From positions 186,001-250,000 of the IMG/VR virus record IMGVR_UViG_3300019458_000020: a stretch of 64,000 nt of DNA; one strand, given 5' to 3'. The first letter of the stretch is position 1, and every line of letters begins with the position of its first letter. The position numbers were made by a program, and so were the translations under genes. Of this stretch, positions 8,569-17,309 are shown piece by piece. The notes beneath the pieces are model-generated. The model was given only the letters and a program-made list of their open reading frames with translations. It was not told the DNA's origin and did no database searches.

Positions 8569-8754
8569 TGGTGCTCGGGGAAGGACTCGAACCTTCAACA
8601 TCAGAACTTTCGTTCCAATCCATTCGTCTCTCGACGGGAAGACAATAGGGATATACTTCCACCATACACTCCTTCACGGTTCCTTCAAAACGCCCTACGT
8701 ATGACGTATGAATCCTACTAAATGAACTTGTGCCCTTTATTCTGGTACCCAAGC
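8569..8754 (-). ncRNA. long tRNA-like RNA B (186 nt): acceptor + T arm, no D arm, large insert
   Basis: GCTTGGG/CCCGAGC-ACCA, CAGAA/TTCTG stem around ~133 nt insert, GAAGG TTCGAGT CCTTC T arm. Confidence 0.75.
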
Positions 8755-8757
8755 AAA

Positions 8758-8812
8758 TGGTGGTCAAGGAAGGAATTGAACCTTCATATATTCCTAAAGA
8801 ATAATCTTGACC
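8758..8812 (-). ncRNA. D-armless mini tRNA-like RNA 1 (55 nt)
   Basis: GGTCAAG AT TATTC TTTAG GAATA TAT GAAGG TTCAATT CCTTC CTTGACC ACCA. Confidence 0.85.
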
Positions 8813-8817
8813 GTAAA

Positions 8818-8939
8818 TGGTGGTTGATGTGGAATTGAACCACACCTTCGTAATATTTTGCAACCTTTTCACGAAGTCCTGACCTTTACTCAAACGATTA
8901 CTTACGCGTTTCATCGTTTTTTCGCTTTCAGTTTCAACC
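8818..8939 (-). ncRNA. long tRNA-like RNA A (122 nt): acceptor + T arm, no canonical D arm
   Basis: GGTTGA/TCAACC-ACCA, TGTGG TTCAATT CCACA, inner stems AAACGAT/ATCGTTT and CTTCGTGA/TTACGAAG. Confidence 0.75.
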
Positions 8940-8948
8940 ATAAAAAAA

Positions 8949-9024
8949 TGGCGCCCCATGTGGGAGTTGAACCCACACGAAATTGTTTTAGAGACAACTG
9001 CTCTACCAATTGAGCTAATGAGGC
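8949..9024 (-). tRNA. amber suppressor tRNA (anticodon CUA)
   Basis: GCCTCAT TA GCTC AATTGGTA GAGC A GTTGT CT-CTA-AA ACAAT TTCGT GTGGG TTCAACT CCCAC ATGGGGC G CCA. Confidence 0.92.
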
Positions 9025-9107
9025 GTAATGAGGATAGAATGTTGGCTTCGGTGTTTTCACCGTTGCCTTTAGAAACCTATGTTGGTTTAATATTCATTCT
9101 ATTAATA

Positions 9108-9135
9108 ACTATATACCAATTTCGTGTTTTGTCAA
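9108..9135 (-). promoter_or_regulatory. sigma70-type promoter of the suppressor/mini-tRNA/pth2 operon
   Basis: TTGACA-N16-TATAGT. Confidence 0.75.
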
Positions 9136-9144
9136 GAAAAAAAT

Positions 9145-9172
9145 AAACCCCCAAGTTTTAACTTGAGGGTTT
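9145..9172. terminator. intrinsic terminator hairpin
   Basis: AAACCCCCAAG-N6-CTTGAGGGTTT flanked by A and T runs, downstream of OMP gene. Confidence 0.65.
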
Positions 9173-9210
9173 TGTTTATAACCTATTTAATTGTAATCAG
9201 ATACCGTTAA

Positions 9211-9828
9211 TTAAAACGGAAATCTAAGGCCCGCTTGGACTGCTCGGCTTCCTTGGCTCCAATGAAAATCAACATTACGATATTGAAATTCTCCGAAGGC
9301 TCGGACGTGTTTAACAACTTGAACTTCCAGACCCGCCTTTGCAACGTATGACCAAGTATTTCCTTCTTGCCAGTTCAAAACCGTTCCCAATCCACCATAA
9401 GGTGCAACGTGTCTTAACACGGGGCACTTCTCAAAGAGAGGAGCACGGAGTAAAAGCCCAGCATGAACTTCATCAACTTGCAATCGGTCATCGGTACTCT
9501 TGTAAATCGGAACATTAGCTTCCAATCCAACCAACTTGGTTGGGAACCAAAAGGCGCCGACAGTCAAATTAACCGTGCGATCTCCTTCACTACGAAGTGT
9601 ACGGGTTTCGTTTTGTGGATGACAATATTTATAGGAACGTTCCACTTCATTCGGAACTTCCACTGTTCGAACTGAATCAGGAGGATTCACCAAACAACCA
9701 GAACTCAAAGTGAGTCCAACTTCTCCAGCGTTAAAAAGAGAAGGCACTACAGGACTTGGTGCGGCCTTAACATTAACAACTGAAAACACCGACAAACATG
9801 CGATCAATGCGATTAATAACTTTTTCAT
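9211..9828 (-). CDS. outer membrane beta-barrel protein
   Basis: signal peptide, alternating beta-strand pattern, C-terminal AGLRFPF. Confidence 0.75.
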   Translation of the reverse strand: MKKLLIALIACLSVFSVVNVKAAPSPVVPSLFNAGEVGLTLSSGCLVNPPDSVRTVEVPNEVERSYKYCHPQNETRTLRSEGDRTVNLTVGAFWFPTKLVGLEANVPIYKSTDDRLQVDEVHAGLLLRAPLFEKCPVLRHVAPYGGLGTVLNWQEGNTWSYVAKAGLEVQVVKHVRAFGEFQYRNVDFHWSQGSRAVQAGLRFPF

Positions 9829-9927
9829 TTCTTTCCTTTTGTTTTCTTGTTTTTGTTTATACGGACACTAGTCGTCCGCGTTTCACTAGGGGATTAATAT
9901 ACAACCGAACAAAAGACAATCAACTTT

Positions 9928-10188
9928 TTATATTTGTTTGTTTTCAATGAATTTATAAAACTCTCTGGCTGTCTTTAAAATTTCATCAGCAGCGAATAAT
10001 TGACAGGAGTTATAATTTGGAGAAGCAATGGCGTGTCTAAGACTGACTGCTAATTCCAATACATGCAATCGAATCTCGTATGCATTTTTATTGACCGTAC
10101 TAATATATTTTAGTTCTTTAACTACATTCGGTGTAAGTTGAGTGAATTGCGACTCGTTTTTATCGGAGTCTTTAATAACTTTTTTCAT
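9928..10188 (-). CDS. hypothetical protein
   Basis: ORF track. Confidence 0.65.
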   Translation of the reverse strand: MKKVIKDSDKNESQFTQLTPNVVKELKYISTVNKNAYEIRLHVLELAVSLRHAIASPNYNSCQLFAADEILKTAREFYKFIENKQI

Positions 10189-10267
10189 AATATTTCTTTC
10201 TGTATATGTGTGTTGATTCCAATATAGAATCCACGATACATATTATGAAATTATTCGAAGAAAATAA

Positions 10268-10582
10268 TTATAATTCGCTTCGTTGAATTTGATGAATTTG
10301 TTGGATAGTGGGTGCAATCTCTTCCAACAATCTTATAACTTGGTCCAACTTTTGCTTAGCTATATCTGTGGTAGGTTTATTCGGATGGGTTCGATATAAT
10401 TCATGAAAACCCGAAACTTCATCATAAATCGTTTCTAATTGAGATATCATTTTATTCCACGGCTGACCAATCATTGTACTTGGTGCGACATTGGCTTTTA
10501 ATCTCTCCAAATCCGTCAATTCTTCCTTAATGACTTCGTTGACGGTTTCTCGAATTAAAGTTTGTAATTCTTCACGTTTCAT
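10268..10582 (-). CDS. hypothetical helical protein
   Basis: ORF track; ATGA overlap. Confidence 0.75.
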   Translation of the reverse strand: MKREELQTLIRETVNEVIKEELTDLERLKANVAPSTMIGQPWNKMISQLETIYDEVSGFHELYRTHPNKPTTDIAKQKLDQVIRLLEEIAPTIQQIHQIQRSEL

Positions 10583-11184
10583 AGTTTATACATTTTGGAG
10601 TATTTATCTCTCGAATTATGAATACTATCAACGAATTGAACGGCCCATTCTTGTTTATCTCTTGGGAAATTCTTTTTGATAATTAATTTTGCACCTTCGG
10701 GGTCAACCAAAGCAGCCAATTCTAAATTCTTTTTGATGACTCTCTTTTTTTGTTCTCCGGCGGACCAAACACGATGGTCATCGGAATAATCATGATACCA
10801 ATCTACATGTTGAGAAGAAACATCTAATTGTTTTAAAACTTCTTCTGGATTTAATTCGGTTGGAGGGAAGGATTTGGCATAATTGGCATTCTGTTTCTCT
10901 TGCCACAATCTTTTTGCAACACCGTATAAATCTCTCTTAAATTTGTAAGGAGTTTTGTAAACAATTTGTCCAGTTGAACCACTATAGTCTCCGACTTTAT
11001 TAAAAGAAATGTGTGCTTCATCTTTGGCCGAATCTGAACCATACGATATTGTATATCCGGACGGGTTTTGAGTTAAGAAATCAGAAATGGCGGCTTCTGC
11101 CTTCTTTATTTCTTCTTCAGGCATAGTCTCTTGAGAAGCACCCATCAAACCCTCGAATATTCTATTTCTTTGTTCTTGATTCAT
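10579..11184 (-). CDS. hypothetical protein
   Basis: 201 aa ORF, TATTTATA motif upstream. Confidence 0.8.
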   Translation of the reverse strand: MNQEQRNRIFEGLMGASQETMPEEEIKKAEAAISDFLTQNPSGYTISYGSDSAKDEAHISFNKVGDYSGSTGQIVYKTPYKFKRDLYGVAKRLWQEKQNANYAKSFPPTELNPEEVLKQLDVSSQHVDWYHDYSDDHRVWSAGEQKKRVIKKNLELAALVDPEGAKLIIKKNFPRDKQEWAVQFVDSIHNSRDKYSKMYKL

Positions 11185-11241
11185 ATTTTATAAAAGCCTA
11201 TGTCTATAAATATAAATTGGCAAGAGGAATGGACAAAAAAA

Positions 11242-11649
11242 TGGTGGACCTAGTTGGAGTTGAACCAACGTGTTGAAAACCAAAGATATCCAGCAACTAC
11301 ATGTTTAGTTCGTTTGTGTATTCGCCTGTATGATAAACGAACAAACTGTCAGGCATAGATTGGCATACTGGCCTTTCGAATCAGTCTTGTAATTAAAACC
11401 ACAAGCAGTTCTCCCTCTGTTTTACGCCGTTTTTGACCTAGAGGAGTCAGTCAATACGACGGAACGGATATTAGGCCGCTACTGCGTTGAATTCGATTTC
11501 AACATTATTCATATTGAAAGAAAAATCAACATTTTGCAAACGAGTAAGTTTAGCATTTATTTTTCCGTCATCTTTTTTAAGAGGCCAGACGACCAACCTC
11601 TACATGCTCTGTGTATCCTATAATCTTCAGTCGATACCATTATAGGCCC
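11242..11649 (-). ncRNA. ssrA: tmRNA; tag (A)AKLTRLQNVDFSFNMNNVEIEFNAVAA*
   Basis: GGGCCTA/TAGGTCC-ACCA with G3:U70, T arm, ATAAAT-GCT resume context, tag ending AVAA-TAA. Confidence 0.92.
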
Positions 11650-11678
11650 ACAAGTATCAATAAATATACTACGAAATG

Positions 11679-12173
11679 TTAAACTGTCAACTCTTTTTCA
11701 AGAAATTGAACCCAACCATCGAAATTGTAAGCTATTCCACTGTATCCAATTTTATCAAATGCCAAGGCACCTAGCTGTTTATAATAATCCGGTGAAGGTG
11801 AGGCATGAACTTTATAGGTATATTCAAATCGTTCTTTAAATATACTTAATCCAACGATACAAGAATCCGCCACGTCAGACATGTTTCTTGATTTTATTTT
11901 TTCATCCAACAATCCAAACGTTATTGGTTGATGAATGTATCTAACAATAGATTGAAATATTCTAACTGTGTCTTCTTCATTTTTCTGATATTGACAAAGT
12001 GTACACAGAATCCAATCGGTTCCATGTAAGGGGATAAATTTTGGTATGTCCTTTAATTGTTCGGCAATGTAACCACGAAGACGAAACTGTTGATCCGAAT
12101 CCGATTCGATATATAAATCTTTGAATGATTCGGCTTTTTTGCCATCATACATTAATTCTAGTAATCCATACAT
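11679..12173 (-). CDS. hypothetical protein
   Basis: 164 aa ORF. Confidence 0.75.
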   Translation of the reverse strand: MYGLLELMYDGKKAESFKDLYIESDSDQQFRLRGYIAEQLKDIPKFIPLHGTDWILCTLCQYQKNEEDTVRIFQSIVRYIHQPITFGLLDEKIKSRNMSDVADSCIVGLSIFKERFEYTYKVHASPSPDYYKQLGALAFDKIGYSGIAYNFDGWVQFLEKELTV

Positions 12174-12205
12174 ACCAATAAATATTGGTATAATATCTCA
12201 TTGCG

Positions 12206-12826
12206 TCAAAGAATTTCAAAGTCGCCAGTAAATTCTATGATTTCATCCCGATCATACTTTTCATCGTGTTTATGGAATGGAAATTTTTTGTTTTTAAATC
12301 TTTCTCGCATCTCATGAGACGCATAAGGCAACAAAGATTTATTGAAAATTTTATTCATCTCAGGAGCATAGGATTCTAATTTTGAACACAATGCAGTAAC
12401 TTCATTGAAAGTAATGGAGTCTATTTCACCATATTCGGTTATATCTATTGACCCTCTTAAAAAGAAATCCATTCGTTCGGGACCACCGGACATCATCATA
12501 CATTCTCTAAGTAACATTCCTTTTTTAGAATCCAGTAATTTTATACCTAATTCTGCAAATAAAACACAACCAGAGGTTTTCTTGGTGGTGTGATGAAGCC
12601 TGTGGCCGGCTTCAACAATCACAAACGCTGCGCCTTCCTTGGTATTCCATAATTCATTAACACTTCCTACCAATCCTTTACTTATATTTTTACTGTATTC
12701 CGTCCATGCATCTTGAAATTTTCGTTCTAAAAAATATTCACTACTATTTCCGACGCACATCATACTCAATGGTATTTCAGCATCGACTTTAAAGAGAGTA
12801 TCTTCTAATAAGTTTACAGGTATCAT
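12206..12826 (-). CDS. hypothetical protein
   Basis: 206 aa ORF. Confidence 0.75.
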   Translation of the reverse strand: MIPVNLLEDTLFKVDAEIPLSMMCVGNSSEYFLERKFQDAWTEYSKNISKGLVGSVNELWNTKEGAAFVIVEAGHRLHHTTKKTSGCVLFAELGIKLLDSKKGMLLRECMMMSGGPERMDFFLRGSIDITEYGEIDSITFNEVTALCSKLESYAPEMNKIFNKSLLPYASHEMRERFKNKKFPFHKHDEKYDRDEIIEFTGDFEIL

Positions 12827-13254
12827 AAACTAAACAATGTCTTCTTGAAAAGTTTTTCCCTAGAAAAACATACAGAGTTAAAAGTAATAGAATTCATGTG
12901 TAAACTCCTAATGTATGCCGGGTCTTTATCACCAACCGGAAACTCTTCCCAATCAGATTCTCCGGTTAAATAAAATCTTCCTGACTTAATAATCGTATCA
13001 ATATCCGTGTCATCATTTTCTATTAGATGAATATCCATAAGAATGTTTCTTCGGTCATCTATATAGATTGCCGTCGCATACATCGAATCGCCCTCCAAAC
13101 TAAAATACTGTTTACCGCTGGAAAACACTCCACGAGAAAATTGATATATAGCCTCTTGAATCAACGATTCATTTTCATTTAATACCATCAACCGTGAGTC
13201 TTCTATACCAATGTGTAGGTGAATAGTTCGGTGTGTTAAATCTTTATTAGTCAT
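12823..13254 (-). CDS. hypothetical protein
   Basis: 143 aa ORF, ATGA overlap. Confidence 0.75.
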   Translation of the reverse strand: MTNKDLTHRTIHLHIGIEDSRLMVLNENESLIQEAIYQFSRGVFSSGKQYFSLEGDSMYATAIYIDDRRNILMDIHLIENDDTDIDTIIKSGRFYLTGESDWEEFPVGDKDPAYIRSLHMNSITFNSVCFSREKLFKKTLFSL

Positions 13255-13554
13255 AGGTCATTTATTATTTAACATTTCTCCATTTAACCGCAGTTTTAAT
13301 GAATACACATATCCATTTATAGTTTTTCATACTAAAACCCAATTTTGCAAAATCTTATTTCCACTAAACTTGTGAAGAAAGATATTCTTAAAAATAATAC
13401 ATTATCATAAGACATATACCATAAAACGACAACTTATTATAAAAAGTCTTCCCAAGAAAAAATTTTGCCCTGTGGCATTTTTGAAAATCGACCAAGAAGG
13501 ACAAAAACTCATATAGGGAAAACGCTAGAATGACGATTGAAGATATTAAAACCG

Positions 13555-14426
13555 CTAATACAAACGATTTAACTTTGGTTCTGTTACTAACCGTTTTTTA
13601 TATTTCACCCAATCACTCTCCCAGATATAAAAAACCTCATAACCAATCGACCTCAAACGATTTAATCGTTCCATAGTTTTATTGTATAAAAATCCATAAG
13701 TCACTCCTTTGGCTTTGTTCATGTCTCCGAGGTTATATCGTTCCGGATTACCATGCCAATAATCGCCTAAAAATTCATATATGGTATTATCTATGATTCC
13801 ATCCACAACCATAGAGTCTATTGATTGTTGTCTTTTAATAATTCCATAGTGGTCAAGAAATTCTTTTTCAATTGGGGATTCATATCGATTCCAAGAACAC
13901 TCGATACACGGAGCAGACTTTTTTTCATATAAAATAGCTTGATACCTACAAGTATATTCTACTTCTTTTTTACAAAACGAACATATTCTACACCATTTTT
14001 TTATATGTTCTTTAAAGAAAATACCATCCACTTGTTTTTTTCTATGTTTTCTTGTAATTAATTTTATATTTGATTTTTTTGTTAAATAATTTGTATGACA
14101 TATCATACAATTTCTATTTTTTATTTCGGATTGAACCGCGTTGTCTTTTCGACTGTATTCTGTTTCTTTTTTACATTTTGGACAAATTCTACACCAAAAC
14201 CCGTTTTTATTTAAAAATACATTATTATATATTTTTGGAGATTTCATAGAATCTCTCATTTTTTGTTTTGTTTCTTCTGAAACTTTGTGATTTTTATTCC
14301 TACAAGCACCACATAATTTATTATTATTAAACGAAACTTTGGCGTTCCATTTGTGTGAAAAAACAATCTCCTTGTTACAATCAGGACATTTTTACACCAT
14401 TTAGATTGTGGATTTTTATAAATCAT
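13555..14426 (-). pseudogene. Zn-ribbon repeat + DUF559/Vsr-like endonuclease, frameshifted near 14390
   Basis: repeated WCRICxxCxKE, then VDG...IYEFLGDYWHGNP...FYIWESDW; a further WCKKCPDC repeat upstream needs one more A in an A5 run. Confidence 0.7.
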
Positions 14427-14571
14427 TGACGTTGTTAAATTTAAAGTGGATATATTGTTCCTTTTTCTTTTGATTAATCTTATCCTTGTTTCTCAAGTAA
14501 TACTCCATCTGTCTTTTACGACGGGCAATTAGTTGTTCCTCTTCAGTGATATACTTTTTATGTCTTCCCAT
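14416..14571 (-). CDS. small basic protein (51 aa) upstream of endonuclease
   Basis: MGRHKKYITEEEQLIARRKRQMEYYLRNKDKIN... Confidence 0.6.
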   Translation of the reverse strand: MGRHKKYITEEEQLIARRKRQMEYYLRNKDKINQKKKEQYIHFKFNNVNDL

Positions 14572-14594
14572 ATTTAATACATAGATTTGAGTAG

Positions 14595-14709
14595 AATAAA
14601 AGTAGAGTAATTTATGTTATAAAAATTTCTTCCCTGTGGTTTTTTGGAAAATGAGTATGATTAACCGAAAAGATGAGTAATAAAATTGACTCTTCACTCT
14701 ACTTTTATT
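14595..14709. repeat. 14-bp inverted repeat
   Basis: AATAAAAGTAGAGT (14595-14608) / ACTCTACTTTTATT (14696-14709). Confidence 0.75.
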
Positions 14710-14753
14710 TTAGACCAAATTTTTGTCTGTGATCAGCGAATGGACAAGGGGCG

Positions 14754-14810
14754 GCTGGGGGACCCCCCAAAACGGCTATCACGAAGGCCACCAAGCCCCT
14801 ATATAGGGGG
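14754..14810 (+). repeat. G/C palindrome repeat family copy (variant)
   Basis: GCTGGGGGACCCCCC...CCCCTATATAGGGG. Confidence 0.6.
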
Positions 14811-15037
14811 GGCTAAAATGGGGCTTTTTTAGGGTTTTTATACCCCTTGCCCGTAGGGGCTGGAGGGAGGGTAAATGGTGGCTATTAAGCTGGCTCCGTA
14901 GGGGAGGGTTTGTTCTTTTAGAAGAGGGCAGTCATTCGGTAGTAACTTAACCGTAGTGACTGCTCCGGTGATTTATCTCTCACCGATTGAGATTGTTATT
15001 ATTATACAACAATCTCAGAAGATGTCAAATCCTTTTC

Positions 15038-15259
15038 TTAAGCAACCTTGGTGAAATTACCAAAGGGATTCATTCCACTTTCCAGCATGGTGACTTGCCA
15101 TTGGTTCGTGCATTGGTCGAGCAACTTCTCATATTCGTCCTGTTCCGGTTCAGGTTGAGGAAACAAATCAAGTTGTTCAGTTGGAGTGATAGTCATAAGG
15201 TCTTTCAGGTCAGACTCGGCAGAGATATTGGAGAAATCGTTCATGTAATTATTATACAT
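15038..15259 (-). CDS. small acidic hypothetical protein
   Basis: ORF track. Confidence 0.6.
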   Translation of the reverse strand: MYNNYMNDFSNISAESDLKDLMTITPTEQLDLFPQPEPEQDEYEKLLDQCTNQWQVTMLESGMNPFGNFTKVA

Positions 15260-15475
15260 TATCCCTTGTTGATGGCAAGAGAATCTTTTAACTTAATCCA
15301 TCAAAGGAAGCGACCTGTAGTAAGAGTCAAGGCTCTCCTTTGTCCGATGGGCCTTGAAGGTTCTCGTATCAGGACTACCATAGTTGCCGAATATGATAGG
15401 TTTCTCCTATCTTTAGGTCTTTGATTTTCATAGGTATTAGTGCCGTTCTCCACTGGCAACGATTTCACCAAGTTG

Positions 15476-15679
15476 TCATTCGTCAAGAGATTTGATACGT
15501 TTCTTTGCCGTTTGTTCGTCATCCTTCCGACCAGCTTTGTATGACTCCAACTGAATTTTACGAATCTGTTTGGCGAAGTTCTTATTGCCAATGCAGTGGT
15601 GAAGCTTAAATTCCCTTGCCCAATCGTCTGGAGTGTTCATATTCAATCCATTGATTCCTGAGACGTAATACGATACCAT
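15476..15679 (-). CDS. hypothetical protein
   Basis: ORF track. Confidence 0.5.
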   Translation of the reverse strand: MVSYYVSGINGLNMNTPDDWAREFKLHHCIGNKNFAKQIRKIQLESYKAGRKDDEQTAKKRIKSLDE

Positions 15680-15849
15680 TTACGGCCGCGGTTTAAGCCA
15701 CGGTCTTTAGGCGTCATACCAACGGTGTCTTCATTGAAGATTGGCCAAAGGGCGGATCCTTCGAGTGAATGCATATCGCCTTTCTCAATTTTTTCATCTG
15801 GCCCAAGTTCTCGAAAATGGAATAGAATTTTCATCTTAGAATCCTCCAA
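15643..15849 (-). CDS. hypothetical protein
   Basis: ORF track. Confidence 0.55.
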   Translation of the reverse strand: MEDSKMKILFHFRELGPDEKIEKGDMHSLEGSALWPIFNEDTVGMTPKDRGLNRGRKWYRITSQESMD

Positions 15850-16166
15850 GGAATGTTAGTACCCACTGTGAACCACGTTTCTGAACTTTAAAGGTGGCCG
15901 TTGACCCGGTGAAATACCGAAGGAAATCGGTCAAGTCTTGAAGATCATCGAAGAAAATTTTACCGTTCATGATGGTATATTATCCTTTTTATGTTTATTT
16001 GTCAAGCACGATTTTAATTTCTTTCAAAGTTTCTCTAATGGGTTTAAGGTCAACGAATACCGCACGAATGGCAACCATTTATGATACCTGCCAAGGTGGA
16101 TTCAATCCTTTTCAATAAGGCTAGTTCATGAAAAGGAGAACGGGGATTCCTTTCCCCGTGATTGAC

Positions 16167-16463
16167 TTAGGCAGCGATGAGCTGCTTGACGTGTTCGGGC
16201 ATAGGACCATCGGATTCGCTCCAAACCCTTCGAGCAATGGCCTTGATTTCTGCCACGTAGTTATCGCCCATTTCAAACGTGCCGTAAGTGGCATCGGACT
16301 TAGCAGCCACGAACCATCTGGAATAAGGATTTCCATTTTCCTTTTCAGGTGTTTGATATTTTTTCAACACCAAATATGTAATAGTTCCCAGATCTCCAGC
16401 ATAGCCATGCCAAATCTCGTAGGGATTTGAAATTGGCCGAGTTTTTCCACACAGATTTTTCAT
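16167..16463 (-). CDS. hypothetical protein
   Basis: ORF with TTGACA promoter upstream. Confidence 0.75.
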   Translation of the reverse strand: MKNLCGKTRPISNPYEIWHGYAGDLGTITYLVLKKYQTPEKENGNPYSRWFVAAKSDATYGTFEMGDNYVAEIKAIARRVWSESDGPMPEHVKQLIAA

Positions 16464-16569
16464 ATAAAGATACTAATTCATTTTCATATTTATGTCAAAT
16501 GATTTTTGGCTGTTTTGTGGCATTACTTACAAATTTTTAATTGATTTGGTGATTTCCATGTCATCATAG

Positions 16570-16830
16570 TTATTCCTCAATAATATTCTGAGGAAGCTTG
16601 ATAAGTGCCGACTTTCGGATGCCACAGAACTTGGCTACTTTCTTCTCGCTAATGGCATGAACTGTGAGATATTGCTTGTCGTAATGACTTCCAACAGGCT
16701 TACCAGCTAAGTATTCCTTTTGACGAATAATCAAACGAACAACGGCACCCCGTTTATATTCGCTTGTAACGACATACAAATCGTCACTTAGAAGACAGTT
16801 TTCGCCGTCAAAGGCCTTGATGAATTTCAT
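16570..16830 (-). CDS. hypothetical protein
   Basis: ORF track. Confidence 0.7.
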   Translation of the reverse strand: MKFIKAFDGENCLLSDDLYVVTSEYKRGAVVRLIIRQKEYLAGKPVGSHYDKQYLTVHAISEKKVAKFCGIRKSALIKLPQNIIEE

Positions 16831-16867
16831 GGAATGTTGAGAGAATCTATCCTATTTAACTGGCTTG

Positions 16868-17239
16868 TCAAGCGGTCAGTTTGAATTCTGTTTGGGTATG
16901 TTCAACCAGATGGGCAAAGTCTTCATTATTGACATCGACGTGAACGTTTTGTGCTTCAGTGGCCGTGAACCGAAAACCAGGCGAACAACCACAAAAACAA
17001 CCGGAATACTGACTCCATGTAAAATCCTTGGCGACAATCCCTTTCTTCTTGAATTCATCAATGACTTGAGGAATGACAACCTTACGATACAGGTTGTAAG
17101 GGCGAGAATGCCGATTCATCAGGTTTTCAAGGATTGTCTCACCTTTGGACCGGATATACAGACGGCAGTTGAGGGTGGAGAACCTCTGTTTTCGGGCAGA
17201 ACGGGATGTCGGATTTAGCGGACGAAATTTAATGTTCAT
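16868..17239 (-). CDS. hypothetical protein
   Basis: WSQYSGCFCGCSPGF; promoter upstream. Confidence 0.75.
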   Translation of the reverse strand: MNIKFRPLNPTSRSARKQRFSTLNCRLYIRSKGETILENLMNRHSRPYNLYRKVVIPQVIDEFKKKGIVAKDFTWSQYSGCFCGCSPGFRFTATEAQNVHVDVNNEDFAHLVEHTQTEFKLTA

Positions 17240-17309
17240 GGTTGGAATATATCAAACAATTGTGTGTTGTCAAGTCTTGACATTACAAAAAGATACGGTA
17301 ATCTACCAC

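Noticed and set aside
8455-8939. CRISPR array interpretation of the repeated TGGTGG..-ended units
   Set aside because: No constant direct repeat or regular spacer length; the units are tRNA-like folds
8432-8959. 175-aa protein from the ORF track
   Set aside because: It runs through the tRNA-like array and has no protein-like features; only its last 77 codons are kept as a weak regulatory hypothesis
9040-9070. c-di-GMP-I (GEMM) riboswitch from GGCAA..GAAA..GCC
   Set aside because: Lacks the GACGCAAAGCC and second-hairpin features
8958-9146. + strand 62-aa ORF
   Set aside because: Antisense shadow of the suppressor tRNA
17145-17309. N-terminal extension of signal peptidase in the ORF track
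   Set aside because: Overlaps the divergent gene and promoter; ATG 17310 follows a leaderless promoter and starts the TM helix
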